From Mytilus edulis (Eukaryota): a stretch of DNA of 64,000 nt. Shown here piece by piece: positions 53,009-64,000 of the stretch (positions are counted from its first letter, which is position 1; every line of letters starts with the position of its first letter). The notes under the pieces were generated by a model. That model was not told the DNA's origin and ran no database searches. It saw nothing but the letters and a program-made list of their open reading frames with translations. The DNA lies in contig NC_092357.1 of assembly GCF_963676685.1 (NCBI RefSeq), positions 22,878,001 to 22,942,000 of the forward strand, written 5' to 3'. The translations under genes were made by a program, and so were the position numbers.

Positions 53009-55136
53009 TAACACTTCTAAGGCCTATGAAAGAAAATCCAGAAAAACATGCAATTAAGAACATGTTATTTTCATTTTTTTTTTAACTGTAGTGCTTAAAA
53101 CAACTCCCCAATTTTGTTGATTCTAATTTCTATATAGGGAAAAAGAACTTATCAATTTTTTTATTTTTCTATAATGGTCTTACGTCTTATGTTCGTCAAT
53201 TTTTTGCTTGTCAATTACACCTCAGTTATACAGTACATTTAGTGAGATGTACTGTCTGGCTTATATAGGACCTTGGGAAAATATGCCAAGAAAATGTATA
53301 CTTTTTAGAAAACAGTAATTCACTTACAAAACCTCTTTACACACTTCGAATAATGAACAAACAAATTAGGTTACTTGATAATCGTAAGTTAGGTGTTTTC
53401 AATAGATTCAGGAGAAATTTTTAATTGTTGTTTAACCTCGGTGTTGAGTGCATAAATTAAAATGTACTATTAATATTTAATCAGACATCCTGCAATATGT
53501 ATACATATGCAGTGACATAATGGATAGAAAAGATTCTTTTTAACTCGCACACAGATATCTGTATGAGACCAATGTGAATAAGTATATTCTGAAATTTTTT
53601 AAACGTATAGTACTAAACAAATACACTACAGATGTTTTATTCACTGCATGATCGATATTTACTTTTTAAAGCGTTGCTTTTCATGCTTTTCTTATATACC
53701 TGATAACTACATACTAAAATTTGAAAGGGTAGTTGAAAACTCATTTGTAAAGACATAAAAATTCTCAGTTAGAAGAATGAACTAATGTCTTCACTTTGAG
53801 TATAAAGGCCGTAATTAATAAATCAGAATTACTTCGCTAAAATTTAGATAAAGAAAAATTGTTAAAAGAAATGTAACACGGATAAAATAAATTTAGATGA
53901 ATATATAATTAAGTTTATGTTTCGTTTCTTAATTACATATGTTTCTTTGTATTTTGATTTTCTAAAAGCACAGGGTATCAATAAATAAAGTCTACTTCAC
54001 ATTCAAGTATCTTCTTTTTTTCAAAAACGTCTGTATTATTTACATGACAACTATCGTTAATCAGTTAACCTGGGGTTTCCGCTTTACATGAGAGGTGCAT
54101 TTACAGTGCGATCGACGACATGAAAAAGAAGACATATGGAGATTCTAGCAGACGCACATAACAAAACCCAAAGCAAATGGACATCGCTTGTATTCCTGAT
54201 CTTCATAACGGCAAAGTCCGGTCTTCAATCCGAATCCCCGCTACTCACTGTCATTCACGAGAACACCTAGCCCAGCGTTTAGATGATTTTGAGAATGTTT
54301 TCATTAACGATTGTCCGTCAGCAGCTCCTGACTGTGTTAGATATGGAGCTAAAGATTGTCTATATAAAGCGGCGGAATACTAATATACCAAAAAACTCAG
54401 CAAACAAACTGAAAAACACTTGAGGAAAAACACAACGCAACGACCAAAAAAAAACCCCGAAAAACATGACATAAAAAAAATAAAAAATCACAAAATTCTA
54501 TTTAGAAGAAAAATCCTACTTATATCCGGATAGTTATATCTTGTCATTCGTTAGAATTATTTATTTTTAAATGTATGAAATTTATGAAATTTATGAAATA
54601 TTGAATTCGCGTTCGTGAGTTTAACCTTTCGAATAAAGCGAACTTCCTGAAAGATCAAATAAGCGGGACAGTAACTTTTGAGATTTAGCCTTAATCGCGA
54701 ATTAAGCAAAAACGAATACCTCACGAAAGATACTTTTCTAGCCCTGGCCATATTTGAAAAGTTCTTTTCATACGAATTTACACCTAAATTGCATGACTTA
54801 TTAATTTTCTATAGCCATAAATTTCATTTGAAGCAGAATATGATTCTTTAGAATTCCCAAGAGTTTATGTCCTAAAATGCATTTTGACAATCATTTCTAT
54901 ACCAAGATCTTTAAAGTTCAAGAATATTTACTCAAATTACTCAATTATATAATTATTGCGTAAATAAATCAGTTTGACAGCTTTTGTAAAATAAATAAAT
55001 TTGGATCGAACAACTAGTCATTAGCATGCATATAGATATTTATTATATATCTGCTTTTTTCTCTTTTGTTAATATTTGCACCGCATACAGCGGTTCATTG
55101 ATTATAGAACACTGAGATTAAACGCTATAATAATTG

Positions 55137-55815
55137 ATATTCCAGATATATACAAATACATTTACTATAACTTTGTCTTTAACAATTCAACATGCAGGAA
55201 CACATTCCTTTGATAGCCTGTTTTGAATCCTGAGAAGTCATACTTTATAAAAGATGGCATAATGTTCTTTCAATATCTTTTTCTTCTCATTTTGACATCA
55301 AAAATAAGGCCTCTCTGTGGAAGGCTTGCACAATTTGTCTTGACATGCTTGATGGTGTGGGTTGATATCCCAGATATATAGAAATAGATTTACCCTAAAA
55401 TATTGTCTTTAACAATACAACACGCAGGAAGACATTCCTACTCTGTGTTTAATCCTGTGAAATAGTACTTCGTAAAAGATGCCATAATGTTCTTTCAATA
55501 TCTTTTTTCTTCTCATTTTGACATTAGAAATAAGGCCTCTCTGTGGAAGGCTTGCATAATTTGTCTTGACATGCTTAATGGTGTGGGTTGATATCCCAGA
55601 TATATAGAAATAGATTTACCGTAAAATTTTGTCTTAAACAATACAACACGCAGGAACAAATTCCTAGTCTGTGTTTAATCCTGAGAAATAGTACTTTACA
55701 AAAGATGCCATAATTTCCTTTCAGTATCTTTTTCTTCCCATTTTGAAATGAGATATAAGACATCTCTGTGAAAGGCTCGCAGAATTTTTCATGACTTGCC
55801 ATACGGTGTGGGTTC
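55137..55815. repeat. ~226-bp tandem repeat, 3 copies
   Basis: gatat-ccagatatata-aaata-attta... starts at 55137, 55364 and 55590. Confidence 0.92.
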
Positions 55816-56704
55816 ACATTTAAAAAAAAGGAAAATGGGGAGCCGATGACCCCATTTATTTTAACGCAACAGGTTTTTGAAATAACTCATAAATGTAAAC
55901 AATGTAGTATCCTTAAATATGTGCTTCATCTTCCTACATATGTTGATAGGGTTCATTTTGTCCTTAATTTACCTTATGTTGTGCTTTTACGCTTCTTTTA
56001 CTTGAAGTTGATATGTTTGTTGTTTTCTTCTACGAAATCTTTAGAATTGAAATTAATCTTATTACCGTACACTTTTAAAATTTTAGTTATCAAATTGAAT
56101 TGAGTTGTTCTGCAATGAATGGACTCTGATGTTCGTTTAGGAGTTTGAATTAACATGAGCAACACGAAGAATTCCTCATGTATAGCAGGATCTGCTTACC
56201 CATCCGAAACACCTGAGATCAAACCAGTTTTTGATTGGGTGTATGTTGATCAATCTTTACTTTACCATGTTTTCTATGCACAATTGTTTATCTGTTGGTC
56301 TTTTCTATTTTACCCCTGAGTTTGTCAGTTTATTTGAATTTACTAATGAGTTTGAATATCCCTTTGGTATCTTTCGCATCTCTTTGGGTATCGTCTCCAT
56401 CTAATTCGTTTGTCCTTTTTGGACAATAAACCATATGTAAACTTTCTTTTTGATGAGCATAATTATTGTAGAGTTATTCAATTGAAGCTTCCTTTCTTAT
56501 CTTTATCGATAACGATTTCTGAACATGTGTATTTTACCACTGTGTATGAGTCCTCGCATTCAAGGTGCAAAGGGATTAATATTACATGTAAATGCAATAA
56601 CTGGATTCCCAATCCAATATCAACACATACACTAAACTACTAAGTGGTAAGGCAGATCTCTATTTAGTAACATTTGTGTATACCCTGGTCTTGTTTGTTT
56701 ACAG

Positions 56705-56765
56705 GAATGACACTTGGAGGACCAACTGTTGCCGCTTATCTGGATGACACGAATCAGTACCCAAA
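56705..56765 (+). CDS. Candidate upstream coding exon of the innexin (ATG 56707, MTLGGPTVAAYLDDTNQYPK)
   Basis: Good acceptor (cttgtttgtttacag) and a GC-richer coding-like stretch. A phase-2 donor would be AA|GCAAGT or the weaker CA|GTACCC, so the donor is uncertain. Confidence 0.4.
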
Positions 56766-56892
56766 GCAAGTGATGATCTAAATAAAAATTAAAAATAAAG
56801 TCATATCCAATTCAAATACTGTACTGTAAAATTGTAAATTAACCTACGTGTTACCTTATTGGTGTAGATTTGGGTTTGAGAAAAAACACTAT

Positions 56893-57032
56893 TCTGTGGA
56901 TTCATTATTAAAATTTTCTTTAGGCTTTGTAAGCAGAAATTGGCAACACCACGAAATCAAAAATCCAGAAAAAAGCAAACAATTTTCAATCCACCAAAAT
57001 TGATACCCACGAAAATAAATGAATCCACAGTA
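56893..57032. mobile_element. Decayed MITE (ctgtggattcatt / aatgaatccacag TIR); related right half at ~63120-63204
   Basis: Inverted ends, and ccacgaaa subrepeats shared with 63165-63204. Confidence 0.65.
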
Positions 57033-57456
57033 TTAAGTATGGTGTTTCCAATAGATTTTTTATCAACCTTCTTAAAAATTCATGTGCTAGTCATGTAATT
57101 AAGGTTATTTAGAAATTGTGTGCTTTATTGTTAATCATTTTCTTGCACCAATCTAACCATTTGATTGACTATTGTCAAAACTAAATATTTCTGCTGAATT
57201 AACAAGCTTGTCTTATAAATGGTGTGTGCCTAGTGTGTGCTCTTTGATCATTTTCAATGTATACGAGTATCTGTGAAACTTCGATAGATAAAAAAGAAAG
57301 GAAGATGCCAAAAATTCTTTGAAATTATTGGTTTTTATATTATAATTATTTTTTTTTCTTTTTCGAAAATTTAACAGCTTTGTCAATTTTGATTGTGACT
57401 ATCGACATTTTACCGTATTTGTATGTTACATTTTGTTTATTAATTTTTTATTTCAG

Positions 57457-57462
57457 AGCTAG
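57457..57462 (+). CDS. Candidate 6-nt frame-preserving micro-exon (AGCTAG) of the innexin
   Basis: Strong acceptor ttttttatttcag and consensus donor AG|GTAAGT only 6 nt apart. A phase-2/phase-2 reading fits the 58077 acceptor. Confidence 0.4.
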   Translation, partial: S

Positions 57463-58076
57463 GTAAGTTAATCTTTTGCTATTTAAATGATATAAAGACA
57501 GAATTACATCCTTAGTTTTAAACCGTCATCGTATTTTGAAGACTTCTATTTCTACAAGATTTATAAGTTAGGAGTTTTAATGACAATTTTGTATTAATAA
57601 TCACCGTGATTGATTTTTTAAAAGTACGCCAAAACCTTCGCTAATGTAGATATTTATTTAACTCTATGGGTTTTGATTTAGCATTGCATTCATAAAAAAG
57701 GTTCATTATGATACTCTTGAAAAGAAAGTGTGCACAAAATACATCAAATACAAATTATATTGTTCGTTTCAGAATCTAACGGATTTTATTACGCAGGCTG
57801 AGAACTTATTCTTAAAAGTACCCAGAATATAAATGTAAAGTTATAAAGAATCGGTGATCAAAGTAATTGTTCTAAAAAGTGCGAATCATACAACTGGTAA
57901 ATGGTAGTAGAAAATTTGTAATTGTTTTGGCATAAATTGTCTTTGGTTAATATCAAGCTTCTTCGATACATTTTATATTTTTCTTATTTGATCGATAGAA
58001 TAAGCACGAATGAAACTTAATTAGACTCTTGTTTTCTATCTATATTCCTAACTTTTGTCATTTTCTCTTTATTTAG

Positions 58077-59286
58077 GTTAGACCATGTCTTAGGTACTGC
58101 CGGTCAAGCTGTCGGAATACGAGGTACATACGACGATGACTTCATCGATAGATTAAATCACAAATATACTGTGATGCTATTAGTGATATTTACGGTAATA
58201 GTGAGTACAAGTCAATATGTCGGCGATCCAATAGAATGTTGGTGTCCGACAGACTTTACGGAAAATCGAGTCGATTATACAAATTTCGTATGCTGGGTTT
58301 CGAATACTTATTATATTCCCATGCAGAATCAAATCCCTGCTCAGTACGACCAACGTAGAGAACAGGAACTTACATATTATCAATGGGTTCCACTTATTCT
58401 TCTTGTATGCTCAATGTTTTATAAGGTTCCCAGATTAATATACAAAGTTCTTAATTCATATTCCGGGATCAGCATAGATAAAATTAACGGGATGGCACGT
58501 GATACACAATACCTTGCACCGGAGGATCGGGAAAAGAAATTGAAGCATATATCCAAATACATGGGACAGTGGTTGAAATCTGCCTCACCACATAGGGCCG
58601 GTCTTTGTCCGAACCTGCGTACGCAGATAGGAAACGTCTGTTTCTTTCTTTGCGGACGTCATTTTGGAAATTATCTAACAACAGTGGCTATGGTATACAA
58701 GATATTATTTTTGGTAAACTCGATTGTAATGATGTATTTGATGAATTCATTTATGGGATCAAAATACAGTGTATACGGATTTGAAGTTCTAAATTCGCTC
58801 TATGAAGGAGAAGATTGGACCTATTCTCCTAGATTCCCACGTGTTACTCTCTGTGATTTCGAAATTCGTCAGATGACAAATTTACAACGATGGACTGTAC
58901 AATGTGTGCTTCCTGTTAATCTTTTCAACGAAAAAATATTTATATTTCTGTGGTTTTGGATGGTTTTTATTGCCATTGCAAATGGTTTTGGTTGTTTGAC
59001 TAATCTCTATGGATACCTTTTGCCTCATCATCGGCGTTCATACATACGAAAGTATCTTAAAATCAACGATCTTCACAAAAAGACTGATTCTGATAGACGA
59101 ATCAGAGCAGACTTTGTAAAGGACTTCTTGAAACAGGATGGTATTTTCGTATTACGTCAAATAAGTAACAATGCCAATGACGTAATAGCTTCAGAGGTCA
59201 TCAGATATTTATACCGAGATTTCTTAGAAAAATATAAACAAAGCGCAGACGATAACAGCAACATTGAAAATGCAGATTCAGTGTGA
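58077..59286 (+). CDS. inx: Innexin (invertebrate gap-junction protein, unc-9/unc-7-like), main coding exon
   Basis: Open frame from acceptor ttttctctttatttag|G TTA GAC, encoding LDHVLG...DDDFIDRLNHKYT, QYVGDPIECWCP, CW, signature YYQWVP, FPRVTLCDF, QCVLPVNLFNEKIFIFLWFW. Four hydrophobic segments and two Cys pairs in the extracellular loops; stop TGA at 59284-59286. Confidence 0.97.
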
Positions 59287-62200
59287 TTTAATCAAATTTA
59301 CTAGATAAAAACGAAATTGATTTCACGTGATATAACTAAGTGAGAAATATCTCACTAACAGAATGCCGTCCCGTTTAAGAGTATGTCCGGTGACTTAACT
59401 CATACGATTGTGCCTTATAAGATGCATGTACAATAACATTCATAAGAATAAGAGTGTTGAATTGGTATGATATGGTGCACTCGAATGATGGGACCAGATT
59501 CCAACCGCTTTGAAGCAAAATAATATTTGGAGGAAAAAGATTAGTCTGCGTTTTGTTTGCTCATATATTTGTTTATCTCTTCCTTTTTTAATTATTTTAT
59601 GTTCATAACAGTTTAGTTTTTATTTTTAATTATGGGCAATTAGGGGGAATTCATTATTGGTTGAACTATCTTAGTTCCAGGTATTTAATCACAGACATGA
59701 TCAATGCCAAAACATTGTTGCAGCAATTAAACTATGCATCATTGAAAAATGTTCATGAGTAGCAAGATAGCAGCATGACTTATATTCCATGATAAACATT
59801 CACCCATTTCATTTAAAATGATACAGAGTAGTTGATTTAACTATTGTGCCAAAACAAATTCATACTGATATTGCATCTCAAATCAGAGATTAGTAATTAG
59901 CATAAAATTTATATATCAACATGAAAATTTCCTTAGCTCAAGTACAGCCGAAGCGAGTAAAATATAATAATATTGTGAAACAAGGCTTGATCACGTATAT
60001 GGCACTTGAATATAGTAAACGTTAAGTTGGTGAAAATAATTTTAGAAACCAAGGCTCCACTCCAAAATTTCAGTAGTAATTGAGTGTCCCTTGAGTCGGA
60101 ATATCATGCTCAGTATATTTAGACAATCGCATGAAATTGTTAAGAAATTGCTCATTGAATATTATGACATCTGTCTTAATATGGAATAGAAACATGCAAG
60201 TTTATCCAAAAACCAACCATTGAAGTAATGATATAAGTACAACGATTAATGTATGTACTGTATACATGCTTACGTACATTGCTATTCCATTTTTGTTCTA
60301 TATATAAATATATGTTTTGTTTTTAATACATGTAGTTAGAAAATAAGGTTGTGAACTAGATTTTGATTGAATGGATCAGTGTTTATGTGTGTCCCCAGAT
60401 ATATGTGCTATACTGTATTGCCAAAAATATTTTTCATTATTTCATCATGTGATGATTTCATTATACATATAACATTCAATATCGTGTTTGCTATTTTTCA
60501 ACAGTTCAATATCAAATGAGTATTATATGCCATTATAGCTAAGACATCGAAATCAATCATTTACTACAAAACCTTTTAGTGTAATCGAAGTTCTGTTTAA
60601 GTGACTACTTTATAACTATTGATGCCTTAGAACAATTATGCAGTTATCAATAGTTTTCCTTTTTAATATGTATACAGGTTAGAACAGACATTTGGTTTTC
60701 CCCTTTTAAATAGTTTTATACTACTAATTGTTGGGGCCATTTAAAGCTTAATGTTCGTTATGAGCTAAGGCTCCGTGTTAAAGACCGTACTTTGACCTAT
60801 TACTTTTGTGACTTGATGGAGAGTTATCCCATTGGCACTGATACCACATCTTCTTATGTCTATCAAATTCCGAATGCAGATCTGTCATAGAAACTACGAG
60901 TGTATTCTGATAATAACTATAAGGTAGCGATCAGTTTTTCTAAATTACATAAAGTTGTAGAAAAATATGTTTTCACCACTAATTTTTGGCTTTGTGCAAT
61001 TAGGGTGCTGCCTCTTTGGCGTTATACTAGACCCCACATTGTCTTTAAATAGTATCTACAATCTAGAAAGACTCGTTTGAGTGCTTTGAAATTTAATCAA
61101 GAAAACACTCTTGGCGAGAAAAAAATGAACGCAACTCTAACTGGCTAGAGATATTCAGTAGTATATGTAATTAGTTTTATTCCTTGTCTCATGTGTAAAG
61201 AATGTTTAGAAATTGGGTGGGTTTTACTTTTTAATTTCTAAGTCTTCATATGTTGAAAGTTGCGTAAAGTCTACACATATCTATAATTTAAGTTTGCACC
61301 GTTTTTTATTGTAGATATTTCCATGGTAGATAACTATGTCATCTTGATTTGTAAGCTTTAAAAATTGTTAGACAATGCATGTTACTTCAGGGGATGTATT
61401 GAACATTTTTAAAACATCAAACATGTAACACAATATCAAACGTATGCAGTGCATTTCTATTCTGACGTAAAGCGAACGAAATTATAAATGCATAAAGGTA
61501 TCGAACAAGTGTACTAGAAAAAAGCGTAATCTTCAAAATAAATTGTACTTCACGCTGTTTAAGTCGTCAATAAGTAACAATGAATTTTGTTTGGCTATAG
61601 ATATCGGTTAATGTCTTATAAAACGCTATAATAACATTAAAATGCTTTTAGCCTGATTCTTTACAACAATATTTTCATTTGGGTTTGATCGACAAACATG
61701 GAGAGAAATGCAGAATATGATATACTTTTTTGTTCTCAATTTTTCTGGAGAATGATTAATTAAAGCGTTAATTATGTCTAGTATTCAATTGGATTTTAAA
61801 AACGTAAACCATAATGTTCGTTTGTTTAAAGATGTATTCAATCTTTTGGTACGCTTTTTCGTTTTTTTTTCTTTTTTTTCTTTTTATATCCCAACACTAT
61901 TTTTAGTCTTAGACATTCCAGAATCCTAACTTGTTACATCAAACACTTTATTATGGACTTTCATTCGCGATGTTGATGGGAGACAGGTGAATTTTGAAAA
62001 TAGATATTATGTCATTGTAAAATTTGCCCAACAATATCCTGGATTAAATTGTGTACAAAAGTGAAATTTGTTATCGCAAGAAATGATAAAGTCAGAGCGG
62101 CAACCTATCAATATGAATATTCCGTCCACACGAAATTCTGTAGGTCCCTCATAAAAACAATAGTTTGTCCTCTTACAAAATACTTCATGCATATTTGTAG

Positions 62201-63825
62201 TAAAACATTATTACAAAAAAAAATATAAGAGGAAATAGTTATTGTCTTTTTTTTGCCAGTGTTATTTGTTATCGGTACGGTGTCCTTTGTTACAATAATA
62301 AGTTTTATATATGATTAAGACTTCATCCCCATTAGTCGGGAATATTAAGTAAAAATCACATACTAGGTGGTGTATCTGAAAAATACCCACAATGAAGATG
62401 AATATTTATCTTATCTTTTTACTATGGTGATAAACCAATACGATTTTTCCAACTTTTTGTAAATTTTAAAAAGGGTAAAATGAATGTACAGATTGGTTGT
62501 TTTTCGGCACAGATGTAATGCATTGGCTGTTTGAGAATATATAATATGTATATTCTTTAAGAGATTGACAGTTTTCATTTCAACAGCATTTTAACTGAAG
62601 GGCATAACAAACCATTCTGGTTAGTGCAATTGGCATTTAACTCTCCTTTCTGGTGTCGTTTATTTTTTTCCATCTTAATTGTTGTTTTTTGTTTAACTTT
62701 TATATATCATTCCCCAAGAGTTTATATTTATGTCCGCTTTATTTATAGATCTTTGCGTTATATGTATTGTTTATAGTTGTTTGATTATTTTATTAACAAA
62801 TAGTATTTATACAGCTGTTTAGTTTTTTGTCAGTATTTTATTGTTAGATTTATATATATATAACAGTTAAAGTATCGCTCTGTGATAACTTAATTTTGTT
62901 GATACATCTAATATTGGCTACTGGTTTGAAAATTATTATATGTACCCGAAAATGTAATGGTCGAATCATAATTGGAATTTGTTTTTATATTTTTGGCGAC
63001 ACAAAATAAAAGATATGGTTTCTGTGCCAAGTGAGCATGTAATGTATCTTTACAAAAAAATAATTAATAGTATAAACATGTTTTAATGCACAAATTCCAA
63101 TAATAATAATAGTTTGCAAAACCATGAAATTAGAAATCCACGAACATACAAATTTGCTTTTATCCACGAAATTTGGTACCCACGAAAATAAATGAATCCA
63201 TAGTATTAAGTAAATGCTTCAGATAATTCTCAATCAACTGCGCCGATCTCACGCACAAATTTGGCTATAACAAAATAATGGAAAATGTAAAATATAGCAA
63301 TATGTTAAAGAGCCCCGTATATTAAATATAATGATTTCAAAACAACCCATCCCTAAGAGAGACAAAAGGGTCATTTTAGACTTTGCAATAAAACACTTTT
63401 GAAAGCTGCTTACTAAGTTATAATATTGAATTTGTTTTGTGTTATCTTTATGCCGGTTGTAAGCTTATATAACTTTGTCTTAAATAACCTAAAAATAACG
63501 TTTCGGGTAATTAAACTTCCGTACCGATTGATGCGATCATAACCTGCACAAAAGACGTTTTGTCAGTTTGAAAGTTAACTTGATACATTTAGACCAAACA
63601 AACGAGAAAAAATGTTCAATTGTAAACCTGACCGTAATCTTCTTTTTTTTTTTACTAACGCCTAAGGAACAGTCTGCTTTAAAGTTGAACTTGTGTAGCT
63701 TTTGGATCAGTCAGATCAGTAAATATGTCTGGTCATCAAGTTAACTTTCTGTACAGGTTATGACTGCACCCATTTGTATATGTATAGTTAAATATTAACA
63801 TGGCCGTTTCAGAATCTAAAGGACT

Positions 63826-63972
63826 ATTGGGTTATTTCATTGTTCGTATCCCAAAATGAAAACAACGTCACGACATTGGTTCAATGTCTATGGTTTTGCC
63901 CGTTTTCAACCAATCATGACGTTTTGGTGTACACTTTTGAAAATATTACCCAAAATGCAATAGATTCTGCAA
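63826..63972. repeat. Decayed foldback/MITE
   Basis: Nested inverted blocks cagaatcta/tagattctg, ttgggt/acccaa, and aacgtca..attggtt/aaccaat..tgacgtt. Confidence 0.55.
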
Positions 63973-64000
63973 TGTCGAATTATAGCAAGACCTGGTCCGA

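Noticed and set aside
54177-54383. 68-aa ORF with coding-like composition
   Set aside because: No recognisable motif or convincing splice sites. It cannot be supported without a homology search.
58171-58176. ORF-track start (GTG/ATG) as the innexin start
   Set aside because: It lies at TM1. The conserved DDDFIDRLN segment is upstream in frame, back to the acceptor at 58076.
58180-58681. Antisense ORFs inside the innexin
   Set aside because: Short shadow ORFs with no recognisable motifs.

Overview
This is AT-rich, repeat-rich eukaryotic DNA. The repeat families and the innexin point to a bivalve mollusc, probably Mytilus-like (inference). There is one clear protein-coding exon: a 402-codon innexin (gap-junction protein) exon at 58077-59286 (+). 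It begins at a phase-2 splice acceptor, so its N-terminus must come from upstream exons; candidates lie at 17297-17382 and 56705-56765, plus a 6-nt micro-exon at 57457-57462. The main feature is 143-13212. It looks like an ~880-bp satellite but parses as a nested stack of non-autonomous Helentron-type (HINE/DINE-1-like) elements on the minus strand. Each element sits inside the (ATT)n microsatellite of the previous one, so the short hairpin ends pile up like closing brackets. Three subfamilies (A, B, C) have distinct co-varying terminal sequences that let left and right ends be paired, including the outermost pair 13 kb apart. The rest of the window holds an apparently intact type I hammerhead ribozyme (50390-50433, -), decayed relatives of it, SINE remnants, MITEs, long hairpins and several minisatellites. 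Apart from the innexin, the ORFs in the supplied track appear spurious.
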